NCBI GenBank assembly: GCA_903938445.1
Contig: CAJADG010000007.1
Coordinates: 18,405 to 82,404, forward strand
Length of the DNA stretch: 64,000 nucleotides
Source of the DNA: an uncultured Bacteroidota bacterium
GTDB lineage: Bacteria > Bacteroidota > Bacteroidia > Chitinophagales > Chitinophagaceae
Direction: 5' to 3'
Shown here: positions 28,475 to 38,367 of the stretch, piece by piece
Layout: each line of letters starts with the position of its first letter
How positions within the stretch are numbered: position 1 is the first letter of the stretch
Translations under genes and position numbers: made by a program
The notes under the pieces: model-generated
What the model saw: the letters and a program-made list of their open reading frames with translations, nothing else
What the model was told of the DNA's origin: nothing
Databases searched by the model: none

Positions 28475-28505
28475 AAAAAAGGCTTCGATTTATCGAAGCC
28501 TTTTT
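28475..28505. terminator. bidirectional hairpin between queA and lysC
   Basis: Sequence reads aaaaaaggcttcga-ttta-tcgaagccttttt. Confidence 0.7.
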
Positions 28506-28542
28506 CTAATCGCGAACATTTGTGAATAGCGTAAAAAAAACA

Positions 28543-29862
28543 CTACAAATTGAAAAGTCCTTTATTCACTAATTGCAAGGTCTTAGTTTTAAATGCACTT
28601 GGCAATAACAATGAAATATTATGAGGACTACCACCATAACTTACCATAGTTACTGGCACTTCATTGATGGCATCAAATAATTTCTTTAAAATCGAATCTG
28701 TTTTTGCAATCTCATTTCCTACAATTGAAACAATGGTTTGATCTTTTTCAATTTCTATAGATGCAAAATTACTTAGCTCTTCAATGATCTCAGCTAAATG
28801 TGTATCACTATCAATTGTTACTGACACAGCCACTTCCGATGTTGTGATCATATCAATGGGTGTCTTGTATTTTTCAAATACTTCAAATATTTTTCTTAAA
28901 AATCCATAAGCTAGTAACATTCTACTGCTCTTAATTTTTACAGCAATAATGCCATCCTTTGCAGCAACTGCTTTCACACCAACGGTTCCGGCTTCTTTTT
29001 TAATGACTGTGCCGGCAGCAGAGGGTTCCATGGTATTTAATAATTTAACAGGAACGTTTTCTTGTTGTGCAGGCCATATACATGTAGGATGTAAAATCTT
29101 AGCACCAAAATAGGCCAACTCAGCAGCCTCGTCAAAACTTAATTGTTCAATCGCAACTGTTTTGTCAACAACTCTAGGATCATTATTATGCATGCCATCA
29201 ATGTCTGTCCAAATTTCACAAACAGATGCTTTCACAGCTGCAGCAATCAATGATGCTGTATAATCACTTCCTCCTCTTTTTAAATTATCAACCTCCCCTT
29301 TTGCATTTCGACAAATGTAACCTTGTGTTATAAATAATTTTTTAGTTGGATGAGCAGCTAATACCAATTCTAGCTTCTCTCTGATGGCTGATAAATCTGG
29401 CTCATCATTTAAATCCAAACGCATAAATTCCAAAGCAGGAATTAAAGCATGGTCTATATTTTCTTGCTCTAAGTACAATGAAAATAATTTTGTACTCATT
29501 AATTCTCCTTGTGCTAATATATCTCTATTCAATGCATCACTTAATGAAATTCTTTGAGTGATTCTTAAAAACTCAAAGTGCTCATCAATAATTGAATTTG
29601 CTTTTGCTCTTAAATCATCAGACTTTAATAAATCTAAAATAAATGCACGATAATGTTTTTCTAAAGTTTCAATTTGATGGGTTGCACCTGCTTTGTCTGA
29701 CTTTGCTAAAAAGTCACTAATTCCAACCAATGCATTAGTTGTTCCACTTAGCGCACTTAATACTACTATGGTAGGTTCTGCATCTTTAGTTATTAATTGA
29801 GATACTTGGTGCATACGCTCTGGCTTACCAACACTGGTGCCACCAAACTTCATAATCTTCAT
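28543..29862 (-). CDS. lysC: aspartate kinase
   Basis: KFGGTSVG start and C-terminal ACT-domain repeats. Length is 439 aa. Confidence 0.9.
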   Translation of the reverse strand: MKIMKFGGTSVGKPERMHQVSQLITKDAEPTIVVLSALSGTTNALVGISDFLAKSDKAGATHQIETLEKHYRAFILDLLKSDDLRAKANSIIDEHFEFLRITQRISLSDALNRDILAQGELMSTKLFSLYLEQENIDHALIPALEFMRLDLNDEPDLSAIREKLELVLAAHPTKKLFITQGYICRNAKGEVDNLKRGGSDYTASLIAAAVKASVCEIWTDIDGMHNNDPRVVDKTVAIEQLSFDEAAELAYFGAKILHPTCIWPAQQENVPVKLLNTMEPSAAGTVIKKEAGTVGVKAVAAKDGIIAVKIKSSRMLLAYGFLRKIFEVFEKYKTPIDMITTSEVAVSVTIDSDTHLAEIIEELSNFASIEIEKDQTIVSIVGNEIAKTDSILKKLFDAINEVPVTMVSYGGSPHNISLLLPSAFKTKTLQLVNKGLFNL

Positions 29863-29895
29863 AATCGTTAATTAATGGTCTTTAAATAAGGACCT

Positions 29896-29903
29896 CAAAG
29901 GTA
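29896..29903 (-). promoter_or_regulatory. candidate -7 box TACCTTTG for lysC
   Basis: Exact match 33 nt upstream of the ATG. Confidence 0.45.
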
Positions 29904-29948
29904 AAAAGTAAATCCGAAAACAGGCGTTAGTCTTTTTTAAAATACGCA

Positions 29949-31040
29949 CTACTTTTCAGCTTCTAAAATGAGGCCAAATTTATTACCTAATGCTGTCAAA
30001 TCATTGACTACATCCGTTACCAATGGTATACCTATTTTCATACGCGCTCCTTCCATAATTCTTTCTATATCACCCGCTACATATACTTTATCATGCCCTT
30101 GTGCAGGTTTTGCATTTCTAAATCTGTTTAACCAAATATCCATATTAGATTTAAAATCACTTGCGGGTCTAAAAGCATCAATTCGCATCGCACCTAAAAA
30201 ATGACCAAGTCCTTCCCCTGGCATATTTTCGGGCATAGGAACATAAGCGGGAAAAGGGGGTGCCCAAGGTCCAAAACTTGCACCACTTAATACGGCACTA
30301 AATATATCAACAATACTACCCAATGCATATCCTTTATGACTCCCCAATTCTTTTTCAGAACCCAACGGCAATAATGCACCCCCTTGTTTTAAAATATGGG
30401 CATCGTTACTTGCATTTCCATTAGCATCCTGCGCCCAACCCGTTGGTATGGGTTCATTTTTTCTTTGTGCAATTTCCAACTTTCCATTTGCTGCAGTAGT
30501 GGTTGCAAAATCTGCAACAAAAGGCGCTTCATTTCCTGCTGGCACAGCCACTGCAATGGGATTGGTTCCCAACATTTTTTCTGCAGCATAAGTAGGTGCC
30601 ACTAAAGCACTCGCATTGGTCATGGCCATTCCAATCATATCCTGAGATAATGCCATCATAGCATGGTAACCAGCAATACCAAAATGATTACTATTTTTTA
30701 CACTCACCCATCCTGTGCCCACTTGCTTTGCTTTATCCATTGCAATTTGCATGGCTTTAGGGGCTACTACTAATCCTAAACCTTTATCTCCATCCACAAC
30801 AGCAGTGGAGGGCGTTTCATGAATAATTTTAATATTGGGTGTTGAATTAATTCTACCAACCTCCCATAATCTTACATAGCCAACCAAACGTGCAATACCA
30901 TGACTATCAATTCCTCTTAAATCGGCAGATAATAAAACACTTGTTGCCAAACTCGCGTCTTCATTGGAACATCCCATATGTAAAAAAACATTCAATGCAA
31001 ATGCATATAATTGTTGATAGGAATAAATTTTTTCGTTCAT
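29949..31040 (-). CDS. Ldh_2-family (malate/L-lactate/L-sulfolactate type) oxidoreductase
   Basis: 363 aa with the GIDSHGI and NHFG.AGY blocks typical of the Ldh_2 family. Confidence 0.8.
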   Translation of the reverse strand: MNEKIYSYQQLYAFALNVFLHMGCSNEDASLATSVLLSADLRGIDSHGIARLVGYVRLWEVGRINSTPNIKIIHETPSTAVVDGDKGLGLVVAPKAMQIAMDKAKQVGTGWVSVKNSNHFGIAGYHAMMALSQDMIGMAMTNASALVAPTYAAEKMLGTNPIAVAVPAGNEAPFVADFATTTAANGKLEIAQRKNEPIPTGWAQDANGNASNDAHILKQGGALLPLGSEKELGSHKGYALGSIVDIFSAVLSGASFGPWAPPFPAYVPMPENMPGEGLGHFLGAMRIDAFRPASDFKSNMDIWLNRFRNAKPAQGHDKVYVAGDIERIMEGARMKIGIPLVTDVVNDLTALGNKFGLILEAEK

Positions 31041-31044
31041 AATT

Positions 31045-31052
31045 CAAATTTA
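31045..31052 (-). promoter_or_regulatory. candidate -7 box TAAATTTG, 4 nt from the Ldh_2 ATG (leaderless)
   Basis: Plus caaattta is minus TAAATTTG. Confidence 0.4.
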
Positions 31053-31062
31053 CACATAAAAA

Positions 31063-31085
31063 AAGGTGTACCGAAGCACACCTTT
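31063..31085 (-). terminator. hairpin plus U-run after ssb
   Basis: Minus-strand aaggtgtgc-ttcg-gtacacctt followed by ttttttt. Confidence 0.6.
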
Positions 31086-31105
31086 ATAAAATTAGTTGTT
31101 AAAAA

Positions 31106-31522
31106 CTAGAATGGTAAATCATCCGCAGTTCCGTCATCCCCACTCGCCGCATTAGGAGTATACGTAGCACCTGCACTTTGATCTGGTGCTGGGCTATCTC
31201 CTCCTGATTTACTTCCTAATAATTGTACTGATGCAATACGTAAAGTTAAAGAAGCACCATTACGACCATCCGCAGTAGTATAAGTTCTTACATCAGGTGT
31301 ACCTTCAACATACACTTGCGTTCCTTTTTTTAAATAAGGCGCAACAGCTGTACGATCTGTCCAATAAGAACAATCTACCCAGGTAGTTCTGTCTTTTTGA
31401 TTGCCTTGCGCATCCTTAAATCTTTCTGTATGGGCAACATTAAAGTTGATTACAGACTTGCCATTCACATTGTTTACTTGAGCATCTTTACCCAAATTTC
31501 CGATTACTTGTAACTTGATCAT
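31106..31522 (-). CDS. ssb: single-stranded DNA-binding protein
   Basis: OB-fold N-terminus, a Gly/Pro/Ser-rich linker and the acidic tip DDLPF. Confidence 0.93.
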   Translation of the reverse strand: MIKLQVIGNLGKDAQVNNVNGKSVINFNVAHTERFKDAQGNQKDRTTWVDCSYWTDRTAVAPYLKKGTQVYVEGTPDVRTYTTADGRNGASLTLRIASVQLLGSKSGGDSPAPDQSAGATYTPNAASGDDGTADDLPF

Positions 31523-31570
31523 TTTCTTAAATTTTGTCGTTATATGGCAGTGAAGATAGGATATTTCGTT

Positions 31571-31578
31571 TACTTTTG
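31571..31578 (+). promoter_or_regulatory. candidate -7 box TACTTTTG for mnmA
   Basis: Exact match 31 nt upstream of the ATG at 31610. Confidence 0.45.
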
Positions 31579-31609
31579 TGCTAAGCCAACTTTTAACTGG
31601 CCAAAGATT

Positions 31610-32725
31610 ATGAGTAAAAAAGGGAAGGTTTTAGTCGCTATGAGCGGCGGAATTGACAGTACAGTCGCAGCGCTTATGCTGCATAATGAAGGTTACGAAG
31701 TGGTGGGAATCACCATGAAGACCTGGGATTACTCCACCAGCAATACCAATGGAAAAGAGACAGGATGTTGTAATATTGACTCCTTTAATGATGCTCGTTT
31801 AGCAGCCGTTAACAATGGCTTCCCTCATTATATTTTAGATATTAGAGAAGAGTTTGGAGATTTTGTAATTGAAAATTTTGTTGAAGAATATTTAGCAGGC
31901 CGTACCCCTAACCCATGCGTAATGTGCAATACGCATATTAAATGGAGGGCTTTATTAAAAAGAGCAGATGCATTAGGTTGTGATTTTATTGCAACTGGCC
32001 ACTACGCAAAAGTGCGTCAACATGATAATGGGCGATATGTAATTTCAAAAGGATTGGATGAAACCAAGGATCAGAGTTATGTTTTATGGGGAGTGGATCA
32101 AGATTTATTAAGCAGAACCATTTTACCATTAGGTGGAATGCATAAAACAGACATTCGTCAAATGGCGATTGATTTAGGTTATCCTGAATTGGCTAAAAAA
32201 AGTGAGAGCTACGAAATATGTTTTGTTCCTGATAATGATTATCGTGGATTTTTAAAAAGACGTGTTGAAGGATTAGAAGAAAAAGTAAATGGTGGTTGGT
32301 TTGTAGATACCCATGGAAAAAGATTGGGCAAACACAAGGGCTATCCTTTTTACACCATTGGACAAAGAAAAGGTTTAGAAATTGCCTTGGGCAAACCTGC
32401 TTATGTAACAGCGATTGATCCTGTAAAAAATATTGTGGTGATTGGTGAAGAGAAAGATTTAGATTCAAATGACATGTTGGTTTCTAAAATAAATTGGATC
32501 AAGTACGATCATTTAGAGGGACCTACCGATTTAATGGCAAAGATTCGATACCATGATAGCGGTGCATTGTGTACTTTATCTCCTACTGACAATGGTGTGC
32601 AAGCAAGATTTTATGAAAATGTAAAGAGTATTGCACCAGGTCAAAGCGCCGTATTTTATGAACGAGATGATGTAGTAGCTGGAGGCATCATACAAAGTGG
32701 TGCGTTGTTGCCGAGGATGTCTTAA
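31610..32725 (+). CDS. mnmA: tRNA 2-thiouridine(34) synthase
   Basis: Start MSKKGKVLVAMSGGIDS (PP-loop SGGxDS), which is M23 of the ORF. Confidence 0.93.
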   Translation: MSKKGKVLVAMSGGIDSTVAALMLHNEGYEVVGITMKTWDYSTSNTNGKETGCCNIDSFNDARLAAVNNGFPHYILDIREEFGDFVIENFVEEYLAGRTPNPCVMCNTHIKWRALLKRADALGCDFIATGHYAKVRQHDNGRYVISKGLDETKDQSYVLWGVDQDLLSRTILPLGGMHKTDIRQMAIDLGYPELAKKSESYEICFVPDNDYRGFLKRRVEGLEEKVNGGWFVDTHGKRLGKHKGYPFYTIGQRKGLEIALGKPAYVTAIDPVKNIVVIGEEKDLDSNDMLVSKINWIKYDHLEGPTDLMAKIRYHDSGALCTLSPTDNGVQARFYENVKSIAPGQSAVFYERDDVVAGGIIQSGALLPRMS

Positions 32726-32726
32726 T

Positions 32727-33728
32727 TTAGTCTGCTATTTTTTCAAGCAAGGCTGCAAATAAAGTATCCGCTTGTTTCGTGTACCCAGTAAAGTATTGTT
32801 GTTTGACTACTTTAAACTTACCGGTAGATAATAATGCTTCTACATTTTTTTCGTTCTCGTCTTTGTATACAGAACAGGTAGCAAAAAGTAAATGCCCGTT
32901 TAGCTTTACAGTTGGAATAATATTCTTTAAAATTTTCGCTTGCAATGTGGTGTATTTATTTAATTGCGCATGCGTAAAATAAGCGAGTTGTTCAGGCGTC
33001 CTACCCCAGGTACCACTACCAGAACAAGGAACATCTGCAAATACAAAATCAAAAGGTTTTTTTATTTCAAAAGCTTCTGTTAAATCAATTTCTTGAACAC
33101 TTGCAGGTTGAATACCGGCTTCTTGCAAACGCTTATCGGCATTATATAAAATACTTTCTCTAACATCAGATACGTGCATTCTGATATTGGACATGGTATC
33201 AAACATTAAAATGGTTTTGCCCCCACTAGCAGCACAAGCATCCCACACTTGAATGGGATGTTCCATGGAGGTAGGAACCAATTGCAATAATTCCGCAATT
33301 GCTTGAGAATTCAAATCCTGTATGACTGCTTCCTTATTTAATTCTAAAATATTTTGAAGCGAGGTAGTGTTGGCAAAAGCAAATGTATTTTCACCAACCT
33401 CTGTATATTCAATATTTGCTGCATGTAATTTTTGAATTACTTTTTCCTTTTGCCATGGACGAATGCGAATAAATAACAAGGGTTGTGTTTGATGCGAACT
33501 GATAAATAAGTTTTTATCTATAGCATCCGCAATCTGGTCAGCAAGTGGAAAATTGTTCGCAATATTTCTGAAATGCGCGTAACAAATCGCACTTATATTT
33601 TTTCGATCCTTGCTTCCATGTTTCTTATTGGCTGCAAAATATTTTTTCAAATAATTAGCGAGCGGCTCTTCCCCATGGTAAGCTGCAATTAATTTGTTGG
33701 CTACTTCTTGGTGTACTGCGTAATGCAT
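32727..33728 (-). CDS. RsmB/NOL1/NOP2/Sun-family SAM-dependent RNA m5C methyltransferase-like protein
   Basis: DACAASGGKT (SAM site), DVPCSGSGT and ATCS catalytic-Cys blocks. Confidence 0.75.
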   Translation of the reverse strand: MHYAVHQEVANKLIAAYHGEEPLANYLKKYFAANKKHGSKDRKNISAICYAHFRNIANNFPLADQIADAIDKNLFISSHQTQPLLFIRIRPWQKEKVIQKLHAANIEYTEVGENTFAFANTTSLQNILELNKEAVIQDLNSQAIAELLQLVPTSMEHPIQVWDACAASGGKTILMFDTMSNIRMHVSDVRESILYNADKRLQEAGIQPASVQEIDLTEAFEIKKPFDFVFADVPCSGSGTWGRTPEQLAYFTHAQLNKYTTLQAKILKNIIPTVKLNGHLLFATCSVYKDENEKNVEALLSTGKFKVVKQQYFTGYTKQADTLFAALLEKIAD

Positions 33729-34942
33729 TACAATTCTAATAAACTAGCAACTGGATCTTTACCAATTAAAAGCAATGCAGGGTTTTCCAATAACTCTTTC
33801 ACTCTTACTAAGAAACCAACGCTCTCACGTCCATCAATAATACGGTGATCGTAACTTAATGCTAAGTACATCATTGGTAAAATTTTCACTTCCCCATTTA
33901 CCGCCATTGGACGATCCTGAATTTTATGCATTCCTAATATGGCAGATTGAGGAATATTAATAATTGGCGTGCTCATTAAGCTACCAAATACTCCACCATT
34001 CGTAATAGTAAAAGTACCCCCCGTTAAATCTTCGGCTGTTAATTTTGAATCTCTTGCTTTTCCTGCCAACACAATCACACTCTTTTCAATTTCCGCCATA
34101 CTCAAGCTCTCTACATTTCTAATAACAGGTACCGTTAAACCTCTTGGCGTACTCACTGCAATACTAATATCAGCATAGTCATGATACAATAATTGATCGC
34201 CATCAATAAATGCATTTACACTAGGCCATTCCGTTAAAGCAATCGCACAAGCTTTTGCAAAGAAACTCATAAAACCTAAATTCACTCCATGTGCTTCTTT
34301 AAACTTGTCTTTAAATTGTTTTCTTATTTGCATAATCGCCGTCATGTCCACTTCATTAAAAGTAGTTAACATAGCAGTGGTGTTTTTAGCTTCCACTAAA
34401 CGACGACTAATTGTTTTTCTTAGGTTACTCATTTTCTCAGGACGCACATTGCGAGAAAATAATTCTTGACCAGCAAATTGAATTTTTCCTGGATTATTTA
34501 AAGCATCCAACACATCAATCTTAGTTATTTTACCAGCATAGCCACTTGCTTTAATTTGAGCAGTGTCTACTTTTTTATCTGCAATAATTGCAGCAGCTAC
34601 TGGGGTAGCTTTTACATTATTTGGAACGGCTGTAACTGGTGCTTGACTAGCTGGTGCTGGCGCTGCAGCTACCGGAGCGGCTGGAGCTTCTGCTTGTGCT
34701 GGCTTAGCAGCAGTTTCATCGATGTCCGCTAACACATCTCCAATTAAGATACTATCTCCTTCAGTTGCTTTATGAAACAAGATACCAGCTTGTTCTGCAT
34801 TCACTTCAAAAGTGGCTTTCTCACTTTCTAATTCTGCAATCACTTCATCACGCTCTACCCATGCGCCCTCGGCCTTTGTCCATTTTAACAAGGTTACTTC
34901 TGTGATTGACTCTCCTACTGTTGGTACTTTTATAGATATCAT
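33728..34942 (-). CDS. sucB: 2-oxoglutarate dehydrogenase E2 (dihydrolipoyl succinyltransferase)
   Basis: Lipoyl domain ([11 protein letters not shown]), Ala/Pro linker and the catalytic DHR..DG block. Confidence 0.92.
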   Translation of the reverse strand: MISIKVPTVGESITEVTLLKWTKAEGAWVERDEVIAELESEKATFEVNAEQAGILFHKATEGDSILIGDVLADIDETAAKPAQAEAPAAPVAAAPAPASQAPVTAVPNNVKATPVAAAIIADKKVDTAQIKASGYAGKITKIDVLDALNNPGKIQFAGQELFSRNVRPEKMSNLRKTISRRLVEAKNTTAMLTTFNEVDMTAIMQIRKQFKDKFKEAHGVNLGFMSFFAKACAIALTEWPSVNAFIDGDQLLYHDYADISIAVSTPRGLTVPVIRNVESLSMAEIEKSVIVLAGKARDSKLTAEDLTGGTFTITNGGVFGSLMSTPIINIPQSAILGMHKIQDRPMAVNGEVKILPMMYLALSYDHRIIDGRESVGFLVRVKELLENPALLLIGKDPVASLLEL

Positions 34943-34961
34943 AATTGAAACAAATTATTTA

Positions 34962-37745
34962 TTATATAGAAAACGCTGTTGTTAATATGTCTGCTTGTTC
35001 TTTCGTGTGTACTTTCATATAGCCAGTTGCTGTAGATGCACTTGATTGTCTGCTTATCACACCAAACTTGATCGCTTTTAAATTCATTTGCAAGAAACTT
35101 GCAGCCCCCATGTTTTGTGGCTCTTCTTGTACCCAGAACCAAACTGCCTTTTCATATTTTTGCTGCAATGCTTTTATTTGATTCACAGGCAATGGATATA
35201 ATTGTTCTAATCTTACAATTGCAATATCATTTCTGCTTTCTGCTTTTTGCTTCTCTGCTAATTCATAAGAAATTTTACCAGAGCAGAATAAAACTTTTTT
35301 AACCTGTGCTGGATCTGTTACAAAACTATCATCCATCACTTCTTTAAATCCACCTTCTGTTAATTCAGCAAGATTACTAAATGTCCAAGGACTTCTTAAA
35401 TTCGCTTTAGGCGAGAAGTTAATCATTGGTTTACGGAAGTTCCATGTTAATTGACGACGCAATGCATGGAAAAAGTTAGCTGCAGTCGTGATATTGGTAA
35501 CAATCATATTTTGCTCCGCACATAATTGCAAATATCTTTCTAAACGAGCACTACTATGCTCAGGGCCCTGACCTTCATAACCATGAGGCAATAACATGAC
35601 TACTCCATTTTGTCTTTGCCATTTTTGTTCACCAGCAGCAATAAACTGGTCGATAATTGTTTGCGCTCCATTAGAGAAATCACCAAACTGTGCTTCCCAA
35701 ATAACCAAGGCTTGTGCATTCGCTAATGCATATCCATATTCATATCCTAATACACCATACTCACTTAACAATGAATTATAAATACGGAACGGTTGTTGAT
35801 TTTGTGAAACCTTATCTAATCTGCAATATTGCTCATTAGTATTTTCATCAAATAACACTGCATGACGATGACTGAAAGTTCCACGCTTCACATCCTGTCC
35901 ACTCATTCTTACCGTTTTACCTTCGGCTAATAAAGAGGCATAAGCCATTAATTCACCGGTAGCCCAATCAATTTTATTTTCAGTCTCAAATAATTTGATT
36001 TTTTCTTGAATTAATTTCTCCACTTTTTTCAAAGGAGAAAATCCTTCTGGCCATTTCATTAAAGCATTGAAAATATATTTTGCTTTATCTGCACTAATAC
36101 TTGTGTCGGGTGAAGATTCGAAATCAGCAGCCGTTGCTTTTTGCATTGCTTTCCATGCTAATTCTGGCGCCTGGTATTTATAAGGAAGTGGATTTTGTTT
36201 TACCTCATCCAATCTTGCTTGTAAATCAGACCAAAACTTCTGCTCCATTTCCTTGGCCAAGTTTTGTGCATCTGCTGTACCATTCTGTTGCAAAAATTCA
36301 ACATACTTTTCTCTTGGATTCTTATGTTGCTCAATTAATTTATACAATTGAGGTTGTGTGTACTTAGGATCATCTCCTTCGTTATGACCATGCTTTCTGT
36401 AACAAACCATATCAACAAAAATATCAGATTGATATATTTGTCTATATTTTGTTGCAATTACAACTGCTTTGTAAACCGCTTCAGCATCATCACCATTCAC
36501 ATGTAATACTGGCGCCTGAACCATAGCAGCAACAGAAGTACAATAATTTGCACTTCGAGCATCATCAAAGTCTGTAGTGAACCCAATTTGATTATTTATT
36601 ACAAAATGAATTGTACCTCCTGTATGATAACCATTTAAATTACACATTTGTAAAATCTCGTAAACAATTCCTTGTCCAGCAACCGATGCATCACCATGAA
36701 TTAAAATGGGCAAAACTTTGCTAAAATCATTTTGGTATAAAACATCTGCCTTCGCTCTTGCAAATCCCAAAACAACTGGATCCACTGCTTCTAAGTGTGA
36801 AGGGTTCTGCATTAATTTTAAATGCACATTTTTATTTGAACTAGTAGTTACTTCCGAACTATAACCCATGTGATATTTCACATCGCCACTACCCATTGTT
36901 TGATCTAACACTGCAGTTCCTTCAAACTCACTAAATATTTGCTCATAGGTTTTGCCCATGATATTTGCAAGCACATTTAATCTTCCACGATGCGCCATTC
37001 CAATCACCACTTCCTCTACTCCATTATCAGCACCCATATTAATGATAGCATCCAATGCAGCAATCGTTGACTCTCCTCCTTCTAATGAAAAACGTTTTTG
37101 GCCAATGTATTTAGTATGTAAGAATTTTTCAAAAATTACACCTTGATTTAATTTTTCAAGGATACGTCTTTTTTGATCTAAATTAATGGGGTCAGAAAAA
37201 TTATGTTCCATTTCATTAGTCAACCAATCAACACGTTCTTGATCTGAAATGTATTTATATTCAATACCAATGTTTTTTGCATATGCATTTTGCAAATGAG
37301 CAACAATGTTTTTTAAAGAAGTTACCCCTAATCCTACAAAATTTCCTGCATTAAAATTTGTATTTAAATCCGCTTCAGATAAACCGAAAAAATTTAAATC
37401 TAAATTTGCATGTCTATCTTTTCTTTCTCTAATTGGATTGGTCTTTGCAATCAAATGTCCTTTGTTTCTATATCCTAAAATCAAACGATACACTGCAATC
37501 TCTTTTGCCCAATTAATATCACCAGAACTATTTGAACTTGCAACATTTGTATTCGAACTTGTAGTACTAGTTGATGTAGTTGCCGCACTTGTAGTTTGAA
37601 CATTTCCATTTTGCATAGCAAAATCAAAACCCTCAAAAAACTTTTTTAAATCTGGATCAATTGAATTTGCATCCACTAAAAATTGCTGATAGAGCCCTTC
37701 TATGAATGAGGGGTGCGAGTTAGTTATATAAGAGAAATCCTTCAT
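34962..37745 (-). CDS. sucA: 2-oxoglutarate dehydrogenase E1
   Basis: 927-aa ORF with E1o blocks (GMAHRGRLNVL, HGDA..AGQG, LLPHGYEGQGPEHSS). Confidence 0.94.
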   Translation of the reverse strand: MKDFSYITNSHPSFIEGLYQQFLVDANSIDPDLKKFFEGFDFAMQNGNVQTTSAATTSTSTTSSNTNVASSNSSGDINWAKEIAVYRLILGYRNKGHLIAKTNPIRERKDRHANLDLNFFGLSEADLNTNFNAGNFVGLGVTSLKNIVAHLQNAYAKNIGIEYKYISDQERVDWLTNEMEHNFSDPINLDQKRRILEKLNQGVIFEKFLHTKYIGQKRFSLEGGESTIAALDAIINMGADNGVEEVVIGMAHRGRLNVLANIMGKTYEQIFSEFEGTAVLDQTMGSGDVKYHMGYSSEVTTSSNKNVHLKLMQNPSHLEAVDPVVLGFARAKADVLYQNDFSKVLPILIHGDASVAGQGIVYEILQMCNLNGYHTGGTIHFVINNQIGFTTDFDDARSANYCTSVAAMVQAPVLHVNGDDAEAVYKAVVIATKYRQIYQSDIFVDMVCYRKHGHNEGDDPKYTQPQLYKLIEQHKNPREKYVEFLQQNGTADAQNLAKEMEQKFWSDLQARLDEVKQNPLPYKYQAPELAWKAMQKATAADFESSPDTSISADKAKYIFNALMKWPEGFSPLKKVEKLIQEKIKLFETENKIDWATGELMAYASLLAEGKTVRMSGQDVKRGTFSHRHAVLFDENTNEQYCRLDKVSQNQQPFRIYNSLLSEYGVLGYEYGYALANAQALVIWEAQFGDFSNGAQTIIDQFIAAGEQKWQRQNGVVMLLPHGYEGQGPEHSSARLERYLQLCAEQNMIVTNITTAANFFHALRRQLTWNFRKPMINFSPKANLRSPWTFSNLAELTEGGFKEVMDDSFVTDPAQVKKVLFCSGKISYELAEKQKAESRNDIAIVRLEQLYPLPVNQIKALQQKYEKAVWFWVQEEPQNMGAASFLQMNLKAIKFGVISRQSSASTATGYMKVHTKEQADILTTAFSI

Positions 37746-37996
37746 TGAGATTGCTTTCTTTTTATTAAAATTCTAGGAGCGCAAATATCGGCTAATTGAT
37801 TGATTTAAAAGGAAAATTTGCTCAAAAACAATAAGGATTTTAATACTTTTCGCATTTCAAAAATAAAAGAAGTGGCCTTGAATGGTTGTGAAAAATGAAT
37901 GAATTGTATTTATTTACTTAAACAACTGATAATCAATGATTTAAATACTTTTTGTATTTTTTTTCATTTTAATTTTAATTATTAGGCTTCTTCCCT

Positions 37997-38004
37997 TACC
38001 TTTG
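37997..38004 (+). promoter_or_regulatory. candidate -7 box TACCTTTG for rpsT
   Basis: Exact match 23 nt upstream of the ATG. Confidence 0.45.
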
Positions 38005-38027
38005 CCCTCCTGAAAATTAAATAGTAC

Positions 38028-38297
38028 ATGGCAAATCACTCGGCTACCAAAAAAGATGTAAGACAAGCAACTAAACGTCGCGATAGAAACCGTTATTATG
38101 GTAAAACTACACGTAATGCAATTCGTGAATTAAAAACTATCGGTGAGCAAACTGCTTACAACGAAAAGTTACCTAATATCATTTCTCAAATTGATAAATT
38201 AGCAAAACGTGGAATTATCCATAAAAACAAAGCTGCTAATTTAAAGAGCAAATTGGCAAGACACACTGCTGTTGCTCCAGTTGCGAAAAAGAAATAA
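38028..38297 (+). CDS. rpsT: 30S ribosomal protein S20
   Basis: MANHSATKKDVRQ..KRR.RN start. Confidence 0.93.
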   Translation: MANHSATKKDVRQATKRRDRNRYYGKTTRNAIRELKTIGEQTAYNEKLPNIISQIDKLAKRGIIHKNKAANLKSKLARHTAVAPVAKKK

Positions 38298-38323
38298 TTG
38301 AAAAGCTCCGGCTTTTTATATAC

Positions 38324-38354
38324 AAATCCTGCCCTTTCGGCGGGATTTTTTTTT
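38324..38354 (+). terminator. intrinsic terminator after rpsT
   Basis: 10-bp stem aaatcctgcc / ggcgggattt with a 5-nt loop, followed by a T9 run. Confidence 0.75.
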
Positions 38355-38355
38355 G

Positions 38356-38363
38356 TAGCTTTG
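38356..38363 (+). promoter_or_regulatory. candidate -7 box TAGCTTTG, 4 nt from the guaA ATG (leaderless)
   Basis: Exact TAnnTTTG match; the ATG is at 38368. Confidence 0.45.
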
Positions 38364-38367
38364 CGAC

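Noticed and set aside
29863-29948. Lysine riboswitch upstream of lysC
   Set aside because: The -7 box lies 33 nt from the ATG. There is no room for a ~180-nt L-box.
34939-35142. 67-aa minus-strand ORF bridging the sucA end and the sucB start
   Set aside because: It is an off-frame reading within the sucA 3' end, and the sucA/sucB boundaries are already well defined.
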